Assembly: GCA_030704615.1 (NCBI GenBank)
Contig: CM060732.1
Location: 72,106,001 to 72,170,000, forward strand
Source: Takakia lepidozioides
Lineage: Eukaryota; Plantae; Bryophyta
Length of the DNA: 64,000 nucleotides
Direction of reading: 5' to 3'
The translations under genes and the position numbers were made by a program. Below are positions 49,976 to 63,005 of the stretch, piece after piece (within the stretch, counting starts at the first letter, position 1; each line of letters starts with the position of its first letter). Below the pieces are notes generated by a model, which saw only the letters and a program-made list of their open reading frames with translations, ran no database searches and had not been told where the DNA came from.

Positions 49976-50827
49976 GAATCCCTTCAGTGTACCGTTTCAG
50001 CAAATGAATTATCATGTTTGATATGAGGTGCATTGACTACACTTTTAGCCATCATAGTCCTGATCCTTGACTTGGTGAAGTAGTGGATTAGCATGGTTTC
50101 AAAGGGGTAAAATGAATGTAATGAGTCACTCTCGTATCTCTTCAGTCAATGAAATGGTTGGTTGTCATACTGAAGACCTCCTTGACCCCAAACAGTTGTG
50201 TGTGGCACAACAGCCCCCACCCAGAGGACACTCTCTCAGCATCCCTTTCAATTTGCTGCTAAGGAAATGTCTGAAAGGATCTCATACCTAAGCTGCATTT
50301 AAGTGGTATTTGGGCCTTTAAAAATTAGGACCTCTTTTCCTGGATTCAGAACTGCAAATCAACTCCCTCTTGTTGTGTAATAGTAGATGGCTTGATTGTG
50401 TGATGGGGGCAGATGGTGGCATTCTCTCTGGGCTTCATGTTACCATCCATGGCTCCAGGCCCTCCAGTGCAGTTGTAGCTTTGGAAGCATCAAGATCATC
50501 CCACTCAGAAAACCACACTTGTAAAATACTATGTGTCATTCACTATAGCCAATGAAGCATAGAGGTACAGTTACACCTTGCGGAATAAAAATTGAAATAT
50601 ATCTCAAGCATATTTCTTGCCTCAAGATCTTTATTGGGGAATATATGATGACCATGTCAACATGGAACTCCTCTCTCAGCTGAGCTACAAGCCAATGTAT
50701 TCCCTCTCTGTGAAGGCTTTTGCTGATGGGACACCGCCCACAGGAAGGGGGAGAAGAATTGCACACCACACCCAACAAGGTAGCAGGATTTAACACGAGG
50801 ATCATCTGGGTGGCACTCCGTGTACTA

Positions 50828-51824
50828 CCTTCCCTGGACAACGGATTAGGCATTTTTGCGCCTAATAATAAAATCAATCAATCAGCAAATTAGGCAAAAT
50901 ATTTTCGTCACGTTAATAACTAGGCAATTCAATGTAGAAGAAACACTTCAAAATACATAAGCTTAAGTAGCATACCATTTGTGAGGAAACTGTCTTCATC
51001 TTCATGCTATAATTTCTTAGAATTAGGCACATGAGAAGAGAAAACATTTATTTTCTTAAGAATAAAAGTACAAAATAGACACCCAATGCCCATGGGCCTT
51101 CCAGGCTCCAGCTACCTTTCATTTCATTTGAAACTCTAAAAATGCCCCTCTTTGTTGTACGCGACATGATTGTCTTTGGGTAGGAACAATATGGGCTTTT
51201 GAGCACACTTTCCAGGGAGAAGCTCTGCGAGCAAATTTTGTAACCAATTTGTTTGCAGTGAATGATGATTTGGTGGACGGGAATGCTCAAGTCACTTAGG
51301 ATATCATTGATATCCCTGATATCTACCTTGACTTAGTGCAGAGGAAACTATGTGTAGATGTCTTGCAAATCTGCACATTGAAAATGAGGATATCCCTCAT
51401 CTCAATGTGGTGGACGAGGTAGATGGAGAGATCATGAGGACTAGCGAGGATGATGAATATGATGACATTGTCGAGTCCATGCGAAGGGTCTTTCAAAGTT
51501 ACATGGAGCTCTCGCAAATAGATTGCAATTGGTAGGTGGTTTTGCTAGTCCTGAATCTATTCCGGAATGCGGCTCTAAGAGCATTCCAGTTGAAGTTATT
51601 TCCGCACGCATATATTTGTATTGATTTTTGTTCAAAGAAAATTTGATCTTATTACAAACAACATGAGAAGAGGCTTGCAAGATTTTTTGGTGGAATTTTT
51701 AGGGCATTAGGCACTTTGGTCCCATAGTTTCCCAAAAATTAGGCCAAAATCTGAAAAATTCACAGAATTGATTAGGCACTTTCATTTTGAATTAATTATC
51801 ACCTAATCCATTGTCTAGGGACGG
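50828..51824. mobile_element. Non-autonomous TIR DNA transposon (Tc1/mariner-pogo-like), copy 2, ~1.0 kb
   Basis: TA|CCTTCCCTGGACAACGGATTAGG ... CCTAATCCATTGTCTAGGGACGG|TA; internal acidic residual ORF; homologous to 1-627. Confidence 0.8.
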
Positions 51825-53099
51825 TATAAGGTCTAGGGTTGGTATCCTTCTGAGCTACAGACTGGTGGTTACCCCTCCCTATCATGTCTAGGGCAATATA
51901 TGTTCAGAGACCAACAAAGTAAGTCTTTACTACATTATCCAGTATATTTGTTTTATTCACTACTTATTTCATAACTAATTCAAGTCAAAATCTGGGACTC
52001 AGGGTATTTGTGTATTCATACAACTCCCATCTATTTTGCCATGCATCAGGTTACTTAATATGATTAGTTATCAGTAACAATGGAGGGTGATTTACTGTGG
52101 GAGCACTCAGGTGACTGTGAGACCATTTACTCTCATGTCACAAACTCCTGTATTCTCATATTGTATTCATTGAAGCCATGTTCGGGAAACATATAGCTTC
52201 ATTCCGTGTCGCTGCAGCTCTAGTAACTTGTAGAAAATGATGCAACCAGTAGTCCTTTTTCAGAAGTTTGCACTTCAACTTCATTTGGAGGCATTTCCTG
52301 TGATAATGATCATAGAAACTTCAGGTGCAGTGGGAAGCTTGCACTTACGGGTTGGAACCAGGCAGCTTTATTCAGCACATAATGAAAAGAGCCAAATAAA
52401 ACAGGGTGCTCCAGTTTCTCTTATTTACTTGGCAGGCGGGAGTAGATGCAAGCATAAGAGTTGTACTGGAAGTTGGTAGAACTTGAGGGTGACTGTTTAA
52501 GGGCAGCCAGCAGAATTCGTTTCGTCAGAAGCTTAGATGCGATGGCGTTGGGTGCCTTTATGTCACACTGCACCACAGATGTTTCTGTTAATGCACCTGC
52601 GACTCTTGTATCACATCATAGTATCTTTAATTTCAGGAGGACCATCATTTTCATCCAGCTATTCTTATCTTTCGTCATATCATTGTGACCCGGTGGTTGC
52701 AATCCATGTCTGCATGACATGCTTATTCACATGGAGGTTGAACCCCTCAAGGCAGGCCAAGGGAAGGATCAATAAGTCAGAAATGCAAAAAATATGTGCC
52801 AGAGATGGTATTTTAATAGCTGCAAAAAACAGACAGCACATTCAATGTAGCTTACATGACTAGGTGAGAAGTTGTGCTTACCCCAGCCAATGAATCACCC
52901 TACATTGGTGCAAAGCTCAGCCAGCAGTGGGAGTTGAGCATAACGAGGCATGTTCAACACAAGAATCAGGAGTTTCCTTACCCTCCTTGAATACAACAGT
53001 TTCTGAATCTTTCTTTCCCTTCCAATACAGATCTTGAAATAATATAAAATGTATAAAGCCTGAAAACCAAGTGAACTCCAAGGGACAAAGAGAACACAC

Positions 53100-56000
53100 C
53101 TGGGACCCCGTACAAGAGTCATTGGCATGAGATAGCTGCACCAACTGCTGGAGAGCTTTCTGCTTTTCCACTTCCGGCTTGCCATTGCCCCAATGTGACA
53201 TCTGCCCAGTAAGTGAAGACTGGTGTCACTCTTGTCATTGACTCTGCTCTCATCTGAGATATTACAAAATGATCTTGTCCGGAGCATCCATATAACCTTC
53301 AAAACCACTAACACTGCCAAATATACAACACCATGCTGCTGTCTACATAACAAGTTGGCAATTTGTAGTAGCCCAGTTCCAGAGCATGAGGAAGATACAC
53401 ACCATTATTTTCTGGCCTTTTGTGTTAGAAGGTAGCCTCAAATCTTCCAGTCACTGCATAAATAAACATCTTGTCCCCCAAATAATGGTAGTGCAAACAA
53501 ACCTGATGGAGGACATTGGGAATTCTTGAGCCTGGACCCAGGGACAGGGCAACTTTGTTATTCACCTTCGGGTGTAGAAGTTTGTCAACAGGCTTGATCT
53601 GAACCTCTATTGCTTCAGGTGACTGCCTACTGCTGGGTTTAGCTACAATCACAGCCCGTTGCTCTGTATTGACCATGACCTGGGCATCAACCAGGGGGGG
53701 CACACCGACATTTACACGGTCATATCTCCCATCTAAGCTGGCTTGCTCAATATTCTGAACTTGATCTAACAAAACTGTAGACCTGTCTGGACTCCCACCC
53801 ACTTCGTTCCTGATCTCTTTTGTCTTGCTGTGACCAAATACTTCTTCTGAATTTGCAGTGGGCTCCAGAGTATGAGGCCAATGTCTTCTTAACTCGTTTG
53901 AATTTGATTGCTGAGCTCCCAAACAACATAGATAAGTAGATTCAGGTTTGGTGGCACCCCACTTGCGACCACTGTCACTACCATTTTGTACAAATGATGA
54001 GTAACAATTGTTTGATGTTGATGAGAAAACCCTCCCTGTAGGGCCCCCTCCATCTACAGGTGCAGGAGACATATCAGTTTGATCTTGGCTGGATTTAGCC
54101 TTGGATCGTTGACTTCTGTCCTGCAGATACGTCATAAGATCCACTTCGATACGGGGTGTATATTGCTTTAATGCTCGGCGCAGAATGTTCTGCTCCTCAA
54201 TCGACAATCCAAGAATAAAGTTCAGAGCTGAGGTCGAATCAAAATGAGAATACACCGATATGATGCCAGTGATAGCTGTCTCTTTCAGCTTTGGATTCTT
54301 ATCATTAGCCAGTGGGGTTAGTTTAGCAAGCCAAAGTTTGAGCAACCCACTTCCCATTGCAGCCTCACCAGTGAGGGCAAGGTTTGCAAAGGCAGCTATA
54401 GCAAACTCAATAACTGCCATCTTGGCCTTGGGTGAGCGTTGCTCATCAAGCGAGCGGAGCAGTGCAGGAAGTAGTGCGTCGATGCTGTAAGTTCTGCTCA
54501 TTATGTCCAATGCTGAAGTGCCAAGCTGGCGGATCATCTCCTTAGTATCCACCAACCGGGCAAAGAGATGTGGCAGGATCCGCTCCAAATATGTCTCAAA
54601 TGACTTGCGGCATGCTGGCACTAGCTCACCCAATGTGGATAGCACTGCCTGTGCTACTTGGTGGTGTGGATCATTCAAGTGCTCAGAGAATAGCCTCATG
54701 ACTCTATCAAAATTCTGGGCCACCTCTTGTAACCCTTTTGATCCTTGCTGTAGCAGCTTCCTGAGGTACGTGAATGCAGCAACTCGAGCAGCCCAGTCTG
54801 CACTCGGGCTCAGGCCTTCTCTTATTGCATCATTCAAAGACATCAACCCATCCATGTAGTTGAACACTTGTCCGTAGGGGTTCAGACCAGCCAATAGCTG
54901 ATTGTCCTCCATACTAGTTCTTGATGACCCCCCTGACCCAGCATGTCTGAGAAGGGGCCTCTGAAAACCAGGAATTCTATGGATGGATGACTCTTGGACC
55001 ACTTTCTCTATGAGCACGTCTGACTTTGGAATCCGTTTGGGCCCTTTGCCCTCCCCACTGTCTCCATGGGAGCTGCTCCAATAAGACCTATCTACATTCA
55101 ACAGTATTCCCTTCACTTCCTGAGCTGCTACTAGTCCCCCGTCAATATCCCTGTTGATGCCACCGGGAGCTGCACCACAAGGTTCTTGATTCATACCACT
55201 GGTAAGCCCTCCTCTACCCGATTCCAATCCTCGATATGCCTGCTGGGCTGCGAAGGTGCTCAAGTTATTGCCATGGAAATAACCAGGAGCATTTATGGCA
55301 GCTAATGTTACTACGTGCAATGCACATTGGTTGGATGCAGGCACGCGTGCAGGATGAAGAGGGTCACAAGCAGATGTTGGATCAATGCCCACACATGTAG
55401 CACCAGTTGTAGCTGCATATATCCTACAATAGCTTCCGCCCACTGCAATCAAGATACCAGGAAAAGACAAAAATACATCAGTGTCCCTGAGGAAGAGTCT
55501 ATGTTACAATGCATCAACAACTACCGTCATTTGCTAACAAAGTAGCATAGAATTCTCTCTAACACAGTAGCAGTTACAACTTGCATCAGAGCGGCCTGTA
55601 TATCTACCTGGATCCCTTCTGCCTGGCCACCGAGCCATGGGGATAGCCCCCTTATCTGCAATGGCAACTCCTCTGGGCATGGTCTCAATGTCATTGACCT
55701 GCTGTTGGCTGGCAAACACAGTCTCTAAATTTCTCGCAGGAGCCACCTCAAATGATTTTCTTTGCAAGAACGGGGATAAATTAGCTGACCCTACCCCTGA
55801 TGCCGGATTGGTGCATTCATGTGCGATGGTAGCTGCGTTGCCGTATGATGTGACCAATGGCCCACCACCCTGTGTCACACGAAGGACTGGGATTCCTGTG
55901 GAATGTCGCAGCTGTTGCTGCTTGTTCAGTCCTCTATCTCGAACAGCAGGGGAGGTGTATCGCTTGTGCACATCCTCTTCATTTATTAGCTGCGCAAGGC

Positions 56001-58838
56001 AGCAAACAAAATATCAAATATGCAGTTTCTTCATTCACCCACCCATTTGCAACCAGGTATAACACAAGCATACAGTACAGGTGTTATGTAAGTGGGAGAG
56101 CACAACCTCCTTACTCTTTGAATAGTAGGATCAAGTGCCAAAAAAAGACGGGGAGCACGATCTGGCCAGCATCTTGCAAACACACGATAACACATCCTTG
56201 CTGTGGAGCGGACCTGTTAATATGACAACAAATTTTTCAACAATCCAGTCTTCTGACTCGAGAAACTGAGATCCCACGTAGTGCAAATGGGAGGGAGGCC
56301 CATGTAACTCCCTTAAAAATTGAAGTGGCTTAAGTTGAAATGCTTGGAAGACATCATTGGTGCTGAAAATATTCTCCAAGAACAAAAACCAAAAACAGGG
56401 ACACTTCTGAAAGCCTGTACACTAGAGAATACTGTGTACAAACCGTGCTTCCTTGACTTGAGTGCCCCTATTGACCTGCCCAAGTAGCTGGCATCCTACA
56501 GCTCACAGTGTCATGCAAAGCAAGCAATGTGTCATGTAACAATCATACCTCACCCATCGCATCTCCACAACAACACTTGATAAGCTCCTCAAAGACCTCA
56601 GCAGGGCACTGCATCTCTAAATAGTCTGCCCACTGCTCCAGCACCAATAGCACATACTCACAGCACCTGCACAAGTACCAGCACCCGCATTTCGGTCCCG
56701 TCCATGTCTGTCCTTGGGTCACCTCCTCGCTACTTTCTTTGCTAGCAGAATTATATACCAAATTGCCAGTTCCAAGGGTTTAGGCAGCATCAAAATCCAT
56801 GCAAGCATGATGTGCAGAGACACAGCACGCAACTACCTTGCACGTAAAATTGCGTTATGGTCATGTTTTGCACAATCAATCACTCGAGGAAGTATATGAG
56901 CCACTCGGCAGTTCCGGAGCATCTGTAGCCAATCACTTGATCATAAGCTCCTGGTAGTGCTGCAGCAATCACATGTCCAGTACATCATGCAAGACCTTGT
57001 GGACTGGAAGAACAACCAGCAAACCTTGCAGTTAAAGATATCAGACGTTCCAACTTTGAGAACTGACCGTTTTGATGCAGGTGTCTGCTGATTCAGCAAT
57101 AACAAGCACAGTTATCACCACAAGCTTGAGAAGGACCTGCCCAACATCCACCAATATTTATTCAAGTCAGTAGGTGATACAGACATCTCTCATGTGGATG
57201 GTGTTTGTGATTCGGTGACATGATCAGGATCAGAAGGGACCAAAGAAACCTGGGGAAACAGTAAAGAAAACCCCTATGCAACACAGAGGTAATGGAGAGG
57301 GTTTTCTTTGTATCAGTGAAAGAGGTGAAGTAACTGGTATGAAAGACTCTGCAAAGATCTCAAAATCAGCACGCAGCTCCTTGGACAGTGTATTCAACAG
57401 TCGACATGCCTGAGCCAGCACACAACTCCATCCGACATGGGAAAGCAAACATTACACTCCAGATCTTTCAAGTTAAAAAGGCCCGTTCACTCATCACTTG
57501 GCCTCCATACAGATATTTCAGAAAGCTTACAAGTGGACATTAACAACTTGACTTAGCCACACCTTGCAAATGTACAGAAGTACTGAAACACCAAGTCAAT
57601 TAAACCGGGTGTTAAGAGAGTAGGATCCGTACCTGCACCCTCAAATGATTTTTCTTTATATCTCCCAATTGTTAGATTCTACATTCAAAGAGGGCATTAG
57701 ATAGGAGGTAACCTGCTTAACTATGCTGGAACGACGATCAGATAACTGAAGACTGAGGGGACCTACAAGCTGTTTGAAAAGAGTTAGAAAAAGAGTACAC
57801 TCTGTTGCACCTGCCACAAACAACCACAAGAAAGTACTTTAAGGGAAGAACTGTGACATCAAGGAAATCTAACACCAAAATTAAACACAATACCCCACAA
57901 TCACATAATTGTACTAAATTGGGGGACATCTGTTAAATTACAACAATTTTTTTTTTCCAAACCTTTGCATTGAACACAAGGTGTGGCGGCCTTGTGCATG
58001 GGCAAGCCACATTTGCACATATTGTAGCTCCAAAGCATTGGCATGCAGTTCCTCATTCATCATCCTGCATGTGGCATCCTTGGTACAAACATTTTCAATG
58101 ATTACCTAGCCCCTGTAATTTCCTACAAACGGAATGCCACCAAAATCTTTGCTGATTGGTGCATATGAGGGAATTCAAGGCAAAATGAGGGTGCAAATGG
58201 CAGAGTGTCACAGGTATGGACTGACCTCCAGAAATTAGCCCTTCCATCCTTTGCATGGCTACAATCCTGACAGACCACTCTTGTTTAGATGTAAGTGAGC
58301 TTGCCACTTTCTCTACCTCTTTCATCAACTCTCTTTCTGAGAGAACCCTGATTGGAACCACAGGCTGAGAAGCCTCCTCACATTCACCTTCACCTCAAAA
58401 CAAGGCCAAATCCTGTCAGTGAACTTGATCAGCTGATGTTGTTGCTAACTAGAAGGGAAGACCATGATACAGAACTGACCATGATACATTGTGAAAAAGT
58501 TATTACCTGAAGCCTTCATATTTCGGCAACAAACCAAACAGCTGAAGGTCTATACAAATCCACCCACTCCAAACATCCACACTTGAATACTGACCCCTGG
58601 TAGATATATCAGCAACTGTATATGGCTTTGACTTGGGGCTACTCCGTGACAACGAAAGTTTTGGCTCTCGTGCAGCACATTTCGATGTTGTATACATCTG
58701 GTTTGCAGGTTTGGACACGTTAAATAGCCATGCAAAGGCTTCAAACGACTGCTGCAATGGTGCTATCTTGCCAAACCTAGCAGCAGCATGTTTGAGATGC
58801 CACAATCTAGCATTGTCGTCAAAGCCTACAAAGCACAT
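53100..58838 (-). CDS. CLASP: CLASP-like microtubule-associated protein, multi-exon; ends uncertain
   Basis: Exons encode PIRVLSERELMKEVEK..WSVRIVAMQRMEGL, QLSDRRSSIVKQ, ACRLL, LKLVVITVLVIAESADTCIKT, RCCEY..LE.W, DAMGE/VRSTARMCYR; large exon 53425-55470 with YMDGLMSLNDA..W.ARVAAF..DEQRSPKAK..ALKQYTPRIEVDL; ALQQL. Confidence 0.85.
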
Positions 58839-60858
58839 GCAAGTTATTGTGTGCCTTCGAGCATAATTGTGATTGATTACAAGTTAGATGCCAACAAACA
58901 AAGCAACTGGCTGCCCCAGCTAGACACAGATTTGCAAACCAGTGGAATCATTATTCTCGATGGAGTCAATGCAAGCCAGTTATATGCGAACATTCAATTC
59001 TTATTGCAGCAAAGTAAACTGCTGACCTTAAGGTCACACCCATAAAACGAATGTGTGAGATCCCAATACACAAACCCTGGAGTCTTGTCCGAAATGAAAT
59101 TTCCGCATTAGATTAATATCAGGCAAGGATTGGAAGTGTAAGTCTCCACTTGAGAACGAGTTAGGTTAACTTGAGACCATATAATTATGAATGCACAGCC
59201 GTAAACATATGGAGGACGTAATGCAATAGGCGAAAGTTATGACAGTTGAGGAAGAGGAAATTTTGAGTAAGCGCACTCAGCGCATCAGCTGTGACGGCAG
59301 TTTCAACAACGGCGGAACATCATATGGCACATGTAGAACTTCATTGGGCAATCCCTCGGCTCGCCACATCCGGCAGCCCCGACCTACTTATGGAAACTCA
59401 CCTGTCCGTTCACTGCCTGCCGTCTTTTCGACCAGCCATTCCCTCCCCCCCCTCCTGCAACATATATCCAGTCTTCTCTTGATATGGGACGCTGATGGCG
59501 AAGCAGGCTGAGTTCTGAAATTGACAATGAGATCCCTTTAGGCATTTTCAAGAATCTCATTCCCAGGTAAGGTATCGGTCATGGAACTGGTCAATTCTAT
59601 TAATTAGGTGATTAATGCTTTGTTAGAGTCCGACGGGCCCTCCAAGGCCAGCTGCTTGCTGTATGAAGGTCGATGTCATGAAGGCCTCCGCATCGTGGTT
59701 GAGTAACTTGAATCCTTTTGTGAGGAGTCCCGTAGTAGCGAGGTCAGAGCTTGCTCCAAGCCAAGAGCACGGGGGTGAACTGATAACTGTCCTCTTTCTG
59801 AGACGCATCTGGATCCTTCGAGTGAAAAATATGAATGGCGTCGCAGCCTTAGGGTTGACATGACTGGCAACTGCAATGTAGCACAGATAAACCTTCATGG
59901 GGGCAAGAGAGGGTTGGTTTGAATTTTGGTCATGAGGTTTTCGAACGTGAGGTACACAGTAGAATTTTGGCGAAGTATGAGGGTTCTCGAGACAATATAT
60001 TCAGCGCGTGGGTACACAGCGCCCTAGGCCATAATCTTCAATCGGCTTGCGGTGGATTTTGATGGTTCTGCCGTCATGTGTAAGCCTCCGAGGGGAGGGG
60101 AACACCGAAATGAGCCCCACAACGAGGCTCATTTTGGAGGGGCGAGCGTAGGTTTAATCCCCGACACGATGAGGCTTACGTGCGTGAAGAACGCACAGGG
60201 AACCTCCCCCCTGCCACGTCAGTAAGCGCGGAGCTGTTGTAATGCACTGGCCAGCCTCGCGTAATATATAGGATTCGGATCACTACGACAGCCTTGAACG
60301 GTCGATTCACAGGTTTAAGCTCACCAGTTTCCTTTGAGGGAAAAAGGTGAACGTTCTTTACAACATGAAAATTTCACTTTCGGATCCTGTTGATGATTGT
60401 GTTGTGTGCAGAGGCAGGTTATCTTAGGAAGATGCAAGAGAGGTGATGCAACAGATCCCGAAGTACTGCAGAATTTTGCCAACTCCACGGTTCTTGTGTT
60501 TTCTTTCCCCCAACTGTATGCAATCGGGATATTTGAGTGGTGGTCATTATCCAGTTGCCGAGTCTTGTCTGAATATGTAGAGCAGTTTCATTAAAGAGGG
60601 ATTTTTTTTAGGGTCCCGGAGAAAGACATGGAGGATCGCACGGATGGGTTGGCGCGGAAAGGGGTGTGGGTAGGGGTAATTTGTCTTGGGAGGTGTCAAG
60701 CAAAGCCAAAAAGCAGGAAGTTTTGCCATTGCTCACCATCTCACCTAGGAATATCAGTCTAGGCGGTGGCCCTATCTGCACGTAGGTATAGCCATCACAA
60801 TTCACTAGTTGACTTTCTAGATAGTTGTGTAGGTAGGTGTAGCCATTTGGAGTTCACT

Positions 60859-61114
60859 AGTTGACTTTCTAGATAGTTGTACTCTTGTCAGTGGGTGAGA
60901 AGCACTTCAGAAGTGGTTGTGGTTTTGTAGTTGTGGCTGTTGCAGGAGTATAGGAGAGCAGTGGCGGGTCCAGAGAAGGTTTGGGGAGTTGACTTTCTAG
61001 ATAGTTGTACTCTTGTCAGTGGGTGAGAAGCACTTCAGAAGTGGTTGTGGTTTTGTAGTTGTGGCTGTTGCAGGAGTATAGGAGAGCAGTGGCGGGTCCA
61101 GAGAAGGTTTGGGG
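60859..61114. repeat. 128-bp tandem duplication, apparently perfect
   Basis: AGTTGACTTTCTAGATAG..GAGAAGGTTTGGGG at 60859-60986 and 60987-61114. Confidence 0.9.
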
Positions 61115-63005
61115 CTAGGTGAAGTACGGGTAAGGAGTGGGGCAGTAGGATCGTGCCTTGGGGCTTTTCTTCATGGTGGAGCGCTTGGGGCAGGCGAAGT
61201 AGGGCTAGGGGGCAGTGGGATCGTCGTGCTTCTCAACGGGGCTCAACTTCATACAGGTTCGACACACAAAAATCCAAAACTCGCAATTTATGATTGTAGT
61301 TTGTTGTATGGTAATTTAGATATCTGCTCACTGCTCTTATTAGAATTGTCAATAGGTACCAATACTAGAAACGAATGTCTGATAGTGCATCAGTAAGAGA
61401 TTTTTTAATTTCATGATGGTGTAAACTTTTTGTCACCTTATTACGAGACATTTTTAATGTCTTATTGCAACGCGAGTTGTCCATTTTATTGGGCCATGCA
61501 TATACATTTTGTCACTTTATTACAAAAAGTCAAAAAGCATGCCGATTTCTAGTAGATGTTTGCATCGCAGTGGAATAAAAAGCATCTAGTGATCAATGAG
61601 CGTTGCATCCTTTTTGTCAGATCGCACACTATGTAAATCATTCGATTTGATGCTACAAGATTCAAATTCTAGTTTTTCGCTAGGTGTCAAATTTCTCAAT
61701 CTAGCATATGCCGTACAGACTTCAAAAAACACGCGAGCAACATCTACCATCTCCACTTCCGGCGGTCTCATCATACATTTCCAGATGAACCTTGCTTTTT
61801 CCAAATCCATTCCGTTGTTTTAACCGGTACAACCCAATTAGCAAAAGAGAAATACTTATACTTCATCATATAGAGGAGAACACGCGGCAACGTTGAAATC
61901 AATTGCCCTCTCATTGTGTATCTGCACCACATGCGCCCCCAAAACGTTTTGGTGTGTTTTTCCAAAGCAGGCATGAAACTTTGTATGCTCATCTATTCCA
62001 CCTTATATTCTGTCATCGCCGACATTTATGTAAACGAAGTGGAAGTACGGTTCGTCGATGTCTTTGAGACAGTACCCGATCAGCAAATATATGTATGCAA
62101 GACTTTGCCTCGTAATAGCTTGCAGTGCACATGATGCCCGGCCGGTGCAGATTTTGGATTGTCCCAACCTAAAACGTTTTTAATTTGTTTGTTGAGCATG
62201 ATCAAATTCGATATGTAGACCTTACACACCATTTGTAGATGGCCATGAAACAAAGTCCATCATTTCTCTAGTGAACAAACACCTTACGTGCATTGTGTTT
62301 GTAAAAAACGTCCATTTTTTAGAGACAATCTCCACCAATGTCTCATTATGCTACCGCTTTAGAGACGCTTACTTCAAGTAATTTTTTGCCTAAGCGTTTA
62401 TTCGCAATGGCTTTATCTCTAGCCAACGCTTTCATGGACTCAAGTTTTACATGAGCTGCATCGGCACCTCGTGTACAACCCTTTAACACCATTACGCAAT
62501 AGAACATATCGGTTTAGGGAGACGCTTATTGAGTCGCTCTGATATTCCTCGGTGCATTGATTGTATCTCGCCTCGTGTATGCAACTTGCACTGAGCCCAC
62601 CTCCTCATCCCATGGCGTAATAAAAAAAAAAATTGCATGCAGTCCTACCTGGGAGCGTCTTACACATGGTGTAAGGTATAACGTCATCTCAGGATGAAAC
62701 TTCCCATCGGAGAAGATAACCGATTTTAACAAAGAAAATTTCCAGGTGGTTTTAACATACTCATAAGACAGCCATAGCCTTTCGGCCATAGACCCTGCGC
62801 CCGATTGGGCGAAACAAAAGACACCAGAAACTATGTTTGTGAAGACTCACTCCGGTAGTATGACTTATATTGATACGAACAATTAGTTTGGGCTTTCCAA
62901 ATATCCTCTAGCTAAAGTGCTCATCATATTTCCAACTGTAAAATTGTGAAGCAATTTCTCACCATAAGTTATGGTGCAACCACAAGCTCTGGAAGTCACT
63001 CAGGC

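Noticed and set aside
61430-62900. Possible transposase or SWIM-finger remnant on the minus strand
   Set aside because: Coding-like fragments (e.g. CTASYYEAKSCIHIFA) but no complete motif I can assign.
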